From positions 293,241 through 357,240 of the forward strand of contig JACPEJ010000001.1 in assembly GCA_016183565.1 (NCBI GenBank): a DNA stretch of 64,000 nt, read 5' to 3'. Both the position numbers and the translations under genes were made by a program. A model generated the notes under the pieces. That model was not told the origin of the DNA, searched no databases, and saw only the letters and a list, made by a program, of their open reading frames with translations. The number at the start of each line of letters is the position of its first letter. Position 1 is the first letter of the stretch. Source of the DNA: Candidatus Blackburnbacteria bacterium. GTDB taxonomy: Bacteria; Patescibacteriota; Microgenomatia; UBA8517; UBA10165. Shown piece by piece: positions 37,772 through 47,247 of this stretch.

Positions 37772-38515
37772 ATGGCTCAGAAACTTACGTTGAGTGTTAT
37801 TTTGCCTGTTTATAATGAGGAGAAGGATGTACCTAGAAATGTTCCTATTCTCTATAAGTATCTGAAAGAGAATTTTACTCAATATTCTTGGGAACTTATC
37901 ATTGCTGATAATGGTCCTTCTAAAGATAGAACTCCGGAAATCTCGAAAGAACTAACTAAGAACTATAGGAGTTTGTTTTATATTTGTATTCCACGGCCAG
38001 GGCGTGGGGGTGCGTTAAAAGAAGTTTGGCAAAAGCGAAAAAGTGACTACCTTTGCTATATGGATGTTGATTTGTCTTCAGATCTTTCCTTTTTGTCTCA
38101 ACTTATTTCCTTTCTAGAGAATGGTGCTGATATTGCTATCGGTTCACGTCTTAAGAGGGGGGCTAAGGTGTATGGTCGGACACTCTTACGTGAGATAATG
38201 TCCAGAGGCTATAATATCTTGATCCGAACCTTCTTTTGGACAAGCTTCTGCGATGCTCAGTGTGGATTCAAAGCGATTAGAAAAGAAGCAGCGATGAAGC
38301 TTTTACCGTATGTGGAGGATAAAGGTTGGTTTTTTGATTCAGAACTTTTGATAACTGGCGAGAAAGCGGGGTTTAAAATTAAAGAAGTTCCTATAGTTTG
38401 GCGTGATGATCCTGCTTCAACTGTTAAGGTTGCAAAAACTGCTTGGGGGGATATTAAGGGACTAGCAAGGCTTTTTATCACCAGGCCATGGAAAAAAATT
38501 CAAAATTCAAAATAA
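37772..38515 (+). CDS. GT2 glycosyltransferase (DPM/DPG-synthase-like); last 7 codons and stop lie in heptamer repeats
   Basis: ILPVYNEEKD...IIADNGPSKD...DVDLS motifs. C-terminus ...PWKKIQNSK* is encoded by AAAATTC repeats. Confidence 0.85.
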   Translation: MAQKLTLSVILPVYNEEKDVPRNVPILYKYLKENFTQYSWELIIADNGPSKDRTPEISKELTKNYRSLFYICIPRPGRGGALKEVWQKRKSDYLCYMDVDLSSDLSFLSQLISFLENGADIAIGSRLKRGAKVYGRTLLREIMSRGYNILIRTFFWTSFCDAQCGFKAIRKEAAMKLLPYVEDKGWFFDSELLITGEKAGFKIKEVPIVWRDDPASTVKVAKTAWGDIKGLARLFITRPWKKIQNSK

Positions 38516-40074
38516 AATTGCTTCCTTCGGAAGGGCAAAATTCAAAATTAAAATTCAAAATTCAAAATTTTCAGAAGTGGATGTCAACAAACAGATATGA
38601 ATTTGCTCTTCTAGTTTTTATCCTCATTCTGGCCACCCTTTTTAGACTTTGGAGAATAGATGAGTACTTGCCATTTTTAGGTGACGAGGGGCGAGACGTA
38701 AGGGTAGTAAGACGTTTTGTGACGGATTTTGATTTGATGTTTATAGGGCCGAGAACTTCGATTGGTGATATGTACCTTGGCCCCTTGTTTTACTATCTTA
38801 TTGCCCCTGGGCTTTTGTTTGCTAATTTCTCACCAGCTGGCCCAGCTACCACTGTAGCACTTTTTGGTGTTGCAACGGTTTTTTTGATTTGGCGGGTTGC
38901 TCGCGAATGGTTTGGTAGGGAAGCTGCAATTATTTCATCTTTTCTTTTTGCGATTTCTCCCTTGGTGGTAAATCTATCGAAGCATTCCTGGAATCCGAAC
39001 ATCATGCCCTTTTTTGCTCTTTTGTCAGTTTATAGTATTTGGAGGGTGTGGAGTAAAGGAGAGTATCTGTGGTTTTTAGTACTTGGAGGAGCGTACGCTT
39101 TTGTTCTTCAGTCTCACTATCTGGGTTTGCTTCTGGGACCTGTGTTAGGGCTGTCGGGGTTGTTAGGGTGGTTGGGAGCAAGAAGGGCACGCACAACAAA
39201 AAGTTTTCTTGTTTTCTTGTTTTCAGGTTCCTTAGTTTTTATCGTTTTAATGTCCCCTTTGTTTATTTTTGATTCCAAGCATGGTTGGCATAATACGCAG
39301 GCTATAGCCACTTTTTTTACCAAGAGACAAGAAACTGTTTCTGTCAAGCCGTGGAATGCTGTACCTCTAACATGGCCTATTTGGAAAGATAAGGTTGTTA
39401 ATGATCTTTTGACAGCTGGTAATCAAAACCTGGCTTTATATGTAGCGTTAGGTTTGTTGCTTGCTTGTCTTTGTGTGTTTCTCGAAAGCAGGAGAAAGCT
39501 TTCCTCTCTTGTACCTTTTGGTCTGACTGTTTTTTGGATATTAGTGGGTCTTTTGGGTTTGGGGTCTCTTAAACAAAATGTTTATAGCCATTATTTTGGA
39601 TTTATGTTTCCGGCGGTATTTCTTTTGATTGGGGCTATTACCGGGTTTTTTTGGAAAGGCAGGACGAGATGGGTGGTTGTACTTGCTATAGCTGTGTTGA
39701 TAACGATCAACTTACAAAAAAATCCCCTTTTCCTGCCTCCCCAGAGGCAGATGCAGAGAGTTCAAGAAATTGATAAAAAAATTCTCAAAGAAGCGGATAG
39801 CGAGCCCTTTAATTTTGCTTTAATTGCTAAGAGAAATTATGAGGAAGGTTATCTTTATTTCTTTGAATTATGGAATTCGCCGGTTCGGGAAATCAACGCT
39901 CAGAATACTCGTGATACTTTAACTGAGCAACTTTTTGTTGTTTGCGAAGACCCTGTTTGTGAGCCGATTAATAATGCTAAAGCTGAAATTGCGAATTTTG
40001 GTTGGGCGAAAATAGAAAGTGAAGAGCAAATTGGGGGTGTAAAATTGTACAAACTAGTTCACACAAAACAATGA
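38488..40074 (+). CDS. GT-C glycosyltransferase, GT39/ArnT-like
   Basis: FLGDEGRD...IGP.TSIGD...GPLFYYLIAPG motif and 11+ TMs. The ATG at 38488 adds a Lys-rich 31-aa leader from the repeat element; the native start may be the Met at ~38581 (MSTNRYEF...). Confidence 0.75.
   Translation: MEKNSKFKIKLLPSEGQNSKLKFKIQNFQKWMSTNRYEFALLVFILILATLFRLWRIDEYLPFLGDEGRDVRVVRRFVTDFDLMFIGPRTSIGDMYLGPLFYYLIAPGLLFANFSPAGPATTVALFGVATVFLIWRVAREWFGREAAIISSFLFAISPLVVNLSKHSWNPNIMPFFALLSVYSIWRVWSKGEYLWFLVLGGAYAFVLQSHYLGLLLGPVLGLSGLLGWLGARRARTTKSFLVFLFSGSLVFIVLMSPLFIFDSKHGWHNTQAIATFFTKRQETVSVKPWNAVPLTWPIWKDKVVNDLLTAGNQNLALYVALGLLLACLCVFLESRRKLSSLVPFGLTVFWILVGLLGLGSLKQNVYSHYFGFMFPAVFLLIGAITGFFWKGRTRWVVVLAIAVLITINLQKNPLFLPPQRQMQRVQEIDKKILKEADSEPFNFALIAKRNYEEGYLYFFELWNSPVREINAQNTRDTLTEQLFVVCEDPVCEPINNAKAEIANFGWAKIESEEQIGGVKLYKLVHTKQ
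38494..38572. repeat. Repeat element copy 2: AAAATTC-type heptamer repeats on both sides of the hairpin core TGCTTCCTTCGGAAGGGCAAAA (38519..38540)
   Basis: Seen in sequence. Spans the stop of GT2 37772..38515 and the first ~28 codons of ORF 38488..40074. Confidence 0.75.
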
Positions 40075-41069
40075 CGACCTACAATGAGGCAAAACCGATT
40101 TTGGGAAAAATTAGGGCTGCGCGAAGGATTTTGCTTTCCTTGCATCGTAGTCCAGACGCTGATAGTGTTGGTTCGAACCTAGCCTTGCTGTTGGCCCTTG
40201 AAAAAATTGGCAAAACAGACGTGGAGGTAATTTCTCCTGATAAAGTACCAGAGTATGTTTTGTTTTTGCACGGTGCAGATAGGGTTAGACAGGAGGATAT
40301 TGTTTATAAGGATTTGCAGGGTTTTGACCTTTTTATAACTCTTGACGCATCTGCTCCTCATATGCTGACTCGTAATGTTGCAGTGCCCACTTTTCCGGAT
40401 ACTTTGGCAGTTATCGTTATTGACCATCACGCCACAAACACAAAATACGGTCAAATTAACCTAGTTGATGATAAGGTTAGTTCAACGTCGGAGTTGTTGT
40501 TTAATTTGACTGACCAGTGGAATGTTGAACTGGATAAGGATATAGCAACATGCTTGTTGACAGGTATAGCTGGGGATACAGGAACTTTTAGGTGGGCTAT
40601 AACAAAGGATACGTTATCTGCTGCGGGTAGTCTCTTAGAGTGTGGAGCTGACTTTGGGGAAATTAACTTTAACCTTTACCAGAGGGTACCAATTGAATGT
40701 TTTCGCTTTGCTGCAAAGGTTTTTGAAAAGCTTCAATTTGAGAAGATGGGAAAGTGCACTTTTGCTTGGGTTTCTATTTCAGCAGCAGAGGGGGACGGAC
40801 GGGTGGAAAAAGACAGTTCGTTTAGAGTTATTGATCTTCTAAAAAGCATAGAGGGGGTGGATTTTGCCTTACTGGTTACACAAGATAAAGATGAGCCGGG
40901 GCTTATAAAAGGCAATTTGCGTTCGAGAACTGATTTTGATGTGTCCAAGATTGCAGTTTCTTTGGGTGGAGGGGGGCACAAGGCAGCGGCCGGTTTTGCA
41001 ATAAGGGGAGAGTTTGAAGATGTTGTTAAGAGAGTTTTGGGGACAATCAAAGATGTTGTGAAAGGTTGA
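40071..41069 (+). CDS. nrnA: DHH-family phosphoesterase NrnA (oligoribonuclease / pAp phosphatase)
   Basis: DHH motifs (PDADSVGS, DHHATN) and DHHA1 GGGGH motif. Confidence 0.8.
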   Translation: MTTYNEAKPILGKIRAARRILLSLHRSPDADSVGSNLALLLALEKIGKTDVEVISPDKVPEYVLFLHGADRVRQEDIVYKDLQGFDLFITLDASAPHMLTRNVAVPTFPDTLAVIVIDHHATNTKYGQINLVDDKVSSTSELLFNLTDQWNVELDKDIATCLLTGIAGDTGTFRWAITKDTLSAAGSLLECGADFGEINFNLYQRVPIECFRFAAKVFEKLQFEKMGKCTFAWVSISAAEGDGRVEKDSSFRVIDLLKSIEGVDFALLVTQDKDEPGLIKGNLRSRTDFDVSKIAVSLGGGGHKAAAGFAIRGEFEDVVKRVLGTIKDVVKG

Positions 41070-41070
41070 T

Positions 41071-42633
41071 ATGATTGAGAAAACAGCGAGAGGGTGGCAA
41101 AAATCTTTAGGGAAAGAAATTTCTAGAAATAAGCTTTTGTATTTTTTGCTCTTTTTGGTTTTGGCCTTAGGGTTTTTCTTCCGGGTTTATCGAACAGATG
41201 AGATTTTGGGTTTTTATTATGATCAGGGTCGGGATGGTTTAGTTATCTGGGACTTTTTGCATAAAGGTAAGCTGTTTTTGATAGGACCAACAACAGGGAT
41301 AGAGGGAATTTTTAGAGGGCCTTGGTACTACTGGCTTATTGCGCCTTTTTACTTCTTCGGAGGAGGTGATCCTGTTTGGCCAGCAGTGTTTTTGGCGTTT
41401 ACCACTATTGTTGCCACAATACTAGCTTATTACTTTGGAACTCTAATATCAGGAAGGCTTACGGGTTTTGTCGCTGCGGTAATCTCTGCTTTCTCCTTTT
41501 TCTTTATAGTTGGGGCCCGGTGGCTTTCAAACCCAACTCCAATGTTTCTTATAAGTATGCTTTTTGTTTGTTCGCTTTTTCTTATTATGACAGGCAAGCG
41601 TTGGGCATGGATTGCTGTTGGGTTTTTCTTGGGTATGGCAATGCAATTTGGGAGTGCAGCGGAAATATTTTACTTTCCTGTTGTATTAGGGTTTGCTGTT
41701 TGGCTCGCCTCGCGAAGCGGGCAAAGACGGAATTTGCCATCCTTGAGAGTGCTGGTTGTGGCTTTGGCAGCGTTTGTTGTAGCTTTTCTTCCTCAGATAG
41801 TTTTTGACTTAAAGCACGATGGTGTTTTGAGTGTAGCTATTAAAAAGTTTTTGTTTAGCGGGGAAAGTTTTAAGTTGTCATTTTGGGAAATAGTGAAAGT
41901 TCGTTCTTTGTTCTACTTTACGACTTTTTCTGCGAAACTATTTCCGACGAATTCTGAACTTAGGGAGATTTTTGGTTGGTTTCTCATTCCGATTTTTTTG
42001 ATAAATATAAAATCTTTATTCAGAAACTCACGTTTTGTGTTGGTGTTGGCTTTGTTGGTTACTCCTATGGTTGGTATGTTTTTTTTCCAGGGGAATTACA
42101 AAAATGTTTATGACTATTATTTTACTGGTTATTATTTGATCTTTGTTCTTGTTTTTTCGGTCATTTTGACAAGCTTTGGCAAAAGAGAGATAACGAAATT
42201 GTTAGTTGGATTATTTTTAGTATTTTTCTTATTTGACAACTTATCTATGGTTAAAAAGCTTATTTATACGGATGTTAACCGTGAGACAAGTATCGTACTA
42301 GGTAGTCAGCTTCAAGCTATCACTTGGGTTTTTAATAATTCACGAGGAGAGCTTTTTAATGTGGATGTTTATGTACCTCCTGTTATTCCTTGGGCGTACG
42401 ACTATCTTTTTCTGTGGCAGGCAAACAGACGCTGTGGCCAAAACCTATGTCAAATGCAGATGGTCGAGCAAGCCCCGTTACTATATACTTTATACGAGAT
42501 TGACCCGCCACATCCCGAGAGACTTGAGGCATGGCTTGAGAGACAAAGGGGGATAGGGAAAGTTGAGGATAGAATCAAGTTTGGCGGGATTACTGTTGAA
42601 AGGAGAACTCGTTTAGTAAATGTCCAAGAGTAA
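41071..42633 (+). CDS. GT-C glycosyltransferase, GT39/ArnT-like (paralog family of 38488/16394/62064)
   Basis: FYYDQGRD...IGPTTGIEG..GPWYYWLIAP motif; 12+ TMs. Confidence 0.75.
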   Translation: MIEKTARGWQKSLGKEISRNKLLYFLLFLVLALGFFFRVYRTDEILGFYYDQGRDGLVIWDFLHKGKLFLIGPTTGIEGIFRGPWYYWLIAPFYFFGGGDPVWPAVFLAFTTIVATILAYYFGTLISGRLTGFVAAVISAFSFFFIVGARWLSNPTPMFLISMLFVCSLFLIMTGKRWAWIAVGFFLGMAMQFGSAAEIFYFPVVLGFAVWLASRSGQRRNLPSLRVLVVALAAFVVAFLPQIVFDLKHDGVLSVAIKKFLFSGESFKLSFWEIVKVRSLFYFTTFSAKLFPTNSELREIFGWFLIPIFLINIKSLFRNSRFVLVLALLVTPMVGMFFFQGNYKNVYDYYFTGYYLIFVLVFSVILTSFGKREITKLLVGLFLVFFLFDNLSMVKKLIYTDVNRETSIVLGSQLQAITWVFNNSRGELFNVDVYVPPVIPWAYDYLFLWQANRRCGQNLCQMQMVEQAPLLYTLYEIDPPHPERLEAWLERQRGIGKVEDRIKFGGITVERRTRLVNVQE

Positions 42634-43375
42634 TTTACCATTTTTGTCTGTTGTTGTACCAGCATATAACGAAGAACAGAACATTAGGAAAGGTGCTCCT
42701 GATCGGCTGATCTCGTATTTGGAAAAGCAGAACTATTCTTGGGAGGTACTTTTCGTTGATGACGGCTCGGTTGATGATACAGCAAAACTTCTTGAGAAAT
42801 ATAAAGACAAGAATAAGCGAATTTGTCTGATTAAAAATGCTCACCAAGGCAAGGCGGCGACAGTAATGACAGGGGTTATGGCTGCAACAGGACAGATTAT
42901 TTTGTTTACGGACACAGATCAGGCAACCCCAATAAAAGAGGTTGAAAAGTTCCTGCCTTATTTTGAGCAAGGATATGATGTGGTTATTGGTTCAAGACAC
43001 GGCAGGGCAGGGATGCCGTTTTTAAGAAAGGTAATGGCGTATGGATTTGTGATTCTAAGGACATTGGTATTGCGGCTTCCGTTTAAAGATACGCAAACTG
43101 GGTTTAAAGCTTTTTCAAAAGTTGCTGCTCATAAAATATTTAAGTCCTTGAGAATTTTTGGGCAAAGTGGAGTTATTAAAGGGGCTGCAGTGAAGGCAGG
43201 ATTTGACATAGAAATTCTTTTTGTGGCGAGAAAATTAGGACATAAAATTAGAGAAGTGCCTGTTGAGTGGCACCATCCTGGAACTACGAGAGTAAACCCC
43301 CTGAAGGATTCTATTGAGGCCTTAGGTGATATGCTACGTATTCGCTGGTATGCTCTTAGAGGTGAGTACAAATGA
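42620..43375 (+). CDS. GT2 polyprenol-phosphate sugar transferase (ArnC/DPM-like)
   Basis: VVVPAYNEEQNI...FVDDGSVDDT...DTDQ motifs. Directly upstream of and overlapping the ArnT-like GT83 gene. Confidence 0.85.
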   Translation: MSKSNLPFLSVVVPAYNEEQNIRKGAPDRLISYLEKQNYSWEVLFVDDGSVDDTAKLLEKYKDKNKRICLIKNAHQGKAATVMTGVMAATGQIILFTDTDQATPIKEVEKFLPYFEQGYDVVIGSRHGRAGMPFLRKVMAYGFVILRTLVLRLPFKDTQTGFKAFSKVAAHKIFKSLRIFGQSGVIKGAAVKAGFDIEILFVARKLGHKIREVPVEWHHPGTTRVNPLKDSIEALGDMLRIRWYALRGEYK

Positions 43376-44946
43376 GGAAAGCTGCTTTGCCCAATTTGTT
43401 CGATCACTGGAAAGAATTTACTATCGTAGGAGTTGGTATTTTGGTAGTTGCTTTCTTTCTTCGTACTTATAACTTGCTGTCAATTCCGATTTTTGCTGAT
43501 GAGGCAATTTATGTTCGTTGGGCTCAAGTTATGAAAGCGGAGCCTGCACTCCGTTTCTTGCCGCTTTCTGATGGGAAACAACCTTTGTTTATGTGGGTCA
43601 CTATGCCCTTTTTTAAGATCTTCTCTGATCCTTTGGTGGCAGGAAGGATGGTTTCGGTTTTTGCTGGAATGGGGAGTATAGTGGGATTATTTTTGGTAGG
43701 TTTTTTTCTTTTTCGTAGTTTAAGGGTTGGGATTTTGGCATCACTTCTTTGGTCTGTTTCTCCCTTTTCTGTATTTTTTGACAGAATGGCTTTGGTTGAT
43801 GCTTTGCTTGCATCTTTTGGGATTTGGGTATTGCTTTTTGCTGTTTTGACAGCACGGACTATGCGTCTTGATTTTGCAATGATAACTGGTTTTTTTCTAG
43901 GGGGTGCTTGGCTTACGAAATCTCCTGCGATTTTCTTTCTTCTTCTTTTGCCTTCCACTGCTTTAGTGGCTGATTGGACCAAACGGTGGAGGTGGGGGAG
44001 ATTAGGGAAGTTGGGGGGATTATGGATAGTTTCTTGGGTTATAGCTTTTGCGATGTATAATATTTTGCGCCTTGGAACGAATTTCCATATGATAGCTCTT
44101 CGCAACAAGGATTATGTTTTTGGTTTTGAGGAAGTTTTAAAGCATCCCCTTGATCCGTTCCAATTCCATGTAAAAGAGATAGTCCAGTGGTTTTGGATAC
44201 TTTTGCCGGGTACTGTTTTAATTGCTTTTCTTGTGGGTTTGTTTTTATGTTATAGAAAATATTGGAGAGAGATTCTACTTCTTCTTTCTTGGATGCTGTT
44301 TCCGCTTTTGGTTCAATCAGAGTTTGCAAAAGTGTTTACTGCTCGCTATATATTGTTTACGAGTCCCCCTTTGTTTTTGATTGCGGCGCTTGGTTTGACC
44401 TATATTCCCAAGAAGTTTTTCCTACCTCTTGTTCTTCCTATGCTTATTGTGCCTTTGTATCTTGATTATCTTTTATTGGTTCAGACAGAGAAGGCGTTGT
44501 TGCCGCGGGTTGAACGGTCCGGATATCTTGAGGAGTGGACATCTGGGACGGGAATTCGCGAGGTTGCAACTTATGTCAAGAAAGAGAGGGAGCAAAACCC
44601 TAATCAGAAAATAATAGTTGGTACTGAGGGTTTTTTTGGTACTCTGCCTGATGGACTTCAGATTTATGTTTCGGATATACCGGGTGTAGTTGTAAAAGGA
44701 GTTGGGATTTCTATATCAGAGGTTGATGAGTCCCTAGTGAATGCTAAAAAAGCAGGGGATAGAGTGCTCCTTGTAGTTAATTCTTCTAGGTTTAACGTTG
44801 TGAAGCCGGAGGATATTGGGACACAGCTTCTAGAGTCATATCATAAGGCGCAGAGGCCAAATGGTACTCGTGATAGTTTATTGTTGCTGGAAGTAACAAA
44901 TGAGGCTATTAAATTTTATGATATTAAACATGGTAAAACTGGTTAG
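43372..44946 (+). CDS. GT83 ArnT-like lipid-linked glycosyltransferase
   Basis: PIFADEAIYVRWAQ motif (ArnT DEaxY loop); 12+ TMs; C-terminal soluble domain. Confidence 0.8.
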   Translation: MRKAALPNLFDHWKEFTIVGVGILVVAFFLRTYNLLSIPIFADEAIYVRWAQVMKAEPALRFLPLSDGKQPLFMWVTMPFFKIFSDPLVAGRMVSVFAGMGSIVGLFLVGFFLFRSLRVGILASLLWSVSPFSVFFDRMALVDALLASFGIWVLLFAVLTARTMRLDFAMITGFFLGGAWLTKSPAIFFLLLLPSTALVADWTKRWRWGRLGKLGGLWIVSWVIAFAMYNILRLGTNFHMIALRNKDYVFGFEEVLKHPLDPFQFHVKEIVQWFWILLPGTVLIAFLVGLFLCYRKYWREILLLLSWMLFPLLVQSEFAKVFTARYILFTSPPLFLIAALGLTYIPKKFFLPLVLPMLIVPLYLDYLLLVQTEKALLPRVERSGYLEEWTSGTGIREVATYVKKEREQNPNQKIIVGTEGFFGTLPDGLQIYVSDIPGVVVKGVGISISEVDESLVNAKKAGDRVLLVVNSSRFNVVKPEDIGTQLLESYHKAQRPNGTRDSLLLLEVTNEAIKFYDIKHGKTG

Positions 44947-46615
44947 AGATCCTCTTTTGATACTAGTGGTATTGCTTGGTCTATGGGCTGGGTGGTGGCT
45001 TCTTAAACCTGGCTATTTTAATATGCACGATGATCTTCAAATGATGAGACAGCTTGCCATGGAGGGGTGTTTTAAAGACTTGCAATTCCCCTGTCGGTGG
45101 ACACAATATATGGGTTATGGTTTTGGTTTTCCCCTTTTTAATTATTATCCGCCACTCCCCTATCTAGTAGGGGAGGTAATCAGGCTTGCAGGATTTTCTT
45201 TTGTGACGACCGTCAAGATAACTTTTTTGTTGTCGGTTGTTATTTCAGGTGTGGCAATGTATATATTTGTGCGTGAGCTTTGGGGTCGTCTTGGTGGTTT
45301 GGTGTCGGCAGCTTTCTATATTTGGGCGCCTTATCATTCTTTGGATGTGTTTGTGAGAGGGGCAATGAATGAGGCGTGGGCGCTTTCTTGGTTTCCGCTT
45401 ATTCTTTGGTCCTCGTATAAATTAGTTAAAGAACATCGATTTAAATACATTGTTATTCTCGCCTTGTCGTGGTTTGCATTGTTTACGTCGCACAATCTTA
45501 TGGTGATGATCTTCGCTCCTGTTTTTGCTGGGTGGGTTTTACTTTGGCTTGTGCGAGAAAAGGCGTGGTTTGTTATCCCTCGGCTTGTAGTTTCGGGAAT
45601 TTGGAGTTTTGGCCTTGCTGCGTTTTTTACCCTACCGGTGTTTTTAGAAAAAGGGTTAGTTAAGGTCGAAAGCATGTTTGTTGGCTATTATGAATATGTT
45701 GCGCACTTTGCGAGTATTCGCCAGCTTCTATTTTCCCGCTTTTGGGGTTATGGTGCATCGGCCTGGACAGAAGCCGATGGTATGTCTTTTTATGTGGGTC
45801 ATACCCATTGGGTTTTGGCTATTGTCATATTTCTTTTGGTACTATTACGTTATCTTAAAAGAAGAAAGCTGGACAATTTGTTACTTATTACTTGTTATTT
45901 TTTTGCTCTAGGTTGGTTTGCAACCTTTATGGCTCATTCGCGTTCGACGCCGATTTGGCTGGCCTTCCCTTTTCTTAAGTTTGTTCAGTTCCCGTGGCGT
46001 TTTATAACTTTGTCTATATTTTCTTTCTCTATTTTGGCTGGTGGCTTAATTATGCTCTTGCAGAGTTTGAAAAGGTCGACTTTGCTTGGGTTTGTTACGG
46101 TGGTTTTAGTTGTTACTGTAATTGTTGCCAACAGAGAGTTTTTTCGCCCTGAGAAAATGGGGCCTTTGACTGATAAGGAGAAATTTTCGGCGGCTGCTTG
46201 GGAGTTGCAGCAGACAGCTGGTATTTATGATTATCTTCCAAGAGGTGCGAAAACTGCTCCTAAAGAATCACAGAAAACGGTTGCTGACGTGATTTATAGC
46301 GAAGGCCAGATAACTGATTCCTCGCAAGGGACTAGCTGGGCAAAATTTAATGTAAATATTGGAAGCGATGAAGCGAAAGTGAGAATTAATATTTTTCAAT
46401 TTCCAAATTGGAAAGTTTTTGTTGACAAGAAGGAGGTAGAGACTTATATCGACGAGAAGGAGGAATGGGGGCGTATGTATATAACTATTCCTCAAGGTGA
46501 ACATGAGATTGCTGTGCATTTATATAACACTCCTGTTCGAACTCTAGGAAATACTATCTCTCTAGTTTCTTGGCTTGCACTTTTGACGGCTCCTGTTTGG
46601 AGAAAAAAGAGGTAG
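44900..46615 (+). CDS. Polytopic membrane protein, YfhO/GT-C-like
   Basis: MHDDLQMMRQLAME...GYGFGFPLFNYYPPLPYLVG loop resembles 18649..20328. C-terminal extracytoplasmic beta-rich domain. Confidence 0.45.
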   Translation: MRLLNFMILNMVKLVRDPLLILVVLLGLWAGWWLLKPGYFNMHDDLQMMRQLAMEGCFKDLQFPCRWTQYMGYGFGFPLFNYYPPLPYLVGEVIRLAGFSFVTTVKITFLLSVVISGVAMYIFVRELWGRLGGLVSAAFYIWAPYHSLDVFVRGAMNEAWALSWFPLILWSSYKLVKEHRFKYIVILALSWFALFTSHNLMVMIFAPVFAGWVLLWLVREKAWFVIPRLVVSGIWSFGLAAFFTLPVFLEKGLVKVESMFVGYYEYVAHFASIRQLLFSRFWGYGASAWTEADGMSFYVGHTHWVLAIVIFLLVLLRYLKRRKLDNLLLITCYFFALGWFATFMAHSRSTPIWLAFPFLKFVQFPWRFITLSIFSFSILAGGLIMLLQSLKRSTLLGFVTVVLVVTVIVANREFFRPEKMGPLTDKEKFSAAAWELQQTAGIYDYLPRGAKTAPKESQKTVADVIYSEGQITDSSQGTSWAKFNVNIGSDEAKVRINIFQFPNWKVFVDKKEVETYIDEKEEWGRMYITIPQGEHEIAVHLYNTPVRTLGNTISLVSWLALLTAPVWRKKR

Positions 46616-46618
46616 AAA

Positions 46619-47209
46619 TTATTCAACTTTCAGGAGTTCTACTTCGAAGATAAGTGGGGAATTTGGAGGGATGTTGCCCACGCCTCTTTCGCCGTATGCG
46701 AGATTAGCAGGGATTAAAAGTTTTCTTTTGCCTCCGACCTTCATTCCCAAAACTCCCATGTCCCAACCTTGTATAACTTCGCCTGCTCCCAGATTGAAAG
46801 TAAAAGGAGCGTTTCGGTCATAGGAACTATCGAATTTTTGTCCGTTTGTCAGAGTTCCTACATAATTTACTGTAACTCTTGCGCCGGAGGTTGCTTCGGG
46901 TCCTTCTCCGACTACAAGGTCTGCGGCTTTTAGTTGGGTAATTTGTTCTTCTGTTTTCATTTCTTTGTCTGGTTCTGGTGTGGTTTTATTTTTTTGACTG
47001 GTTTGGTTTTGCTCGGCGGATAACTGGGTGGACAAGACAGGATTTGCTGATGCATTGGTGGATTCTTCTCCAAGTATAGTACTTGGCTGTTTTTTAGTAC
47101 TGTTTTGTCCGAAAACAAGTGCTCCAATGCCTCCAATTGCAATAATCATTACGAGGATCAGTATGGTATTTCTTGCAACTTGATCCGATCTTGATTCCTC
47201 CACGCTCAA
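46619..47209 (-). CDS. FKBP-type peptidyl-prolyl cis-trans isomerase with N-terminal TM anchor
   Basis: C-terminal FKBP domain (GQKFDSSYDRNAPFTFNLGAGEVIQGWDMG...LIFEVELL). Confidence 0.85.
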   Translation of the reverse strand: MSVEESRSDQVARNTILILVMIIAIGGIGALVFGQNSTKKQPSTILGEESTNASANPVLSTQLSAEQNQTSQKNKTTPEPDKEMKTEEQITQLKAADLVVGEGPEATSGARVTVNYVGTLTNGQKFDSSYDRNAPFTFNLGAGEVIQGWDMGVLGMKVGGKRKLLIPANLAYGERGVGNIPPNSPLIFEVELLKVE

Positions 47210-47247
47210 AATACTATCACTATTTCTTTTTCTTAGGAAGTGGTAAA

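Noticed and set aside
43524-44108. 194-aa Lys/Arg-rich minus-strand ORF
   Set aside because: Antisense of the Phe/Leu-rich ArnT-like membrane protein gene (poly-K arises from TTT/TTC-rich coding strand).
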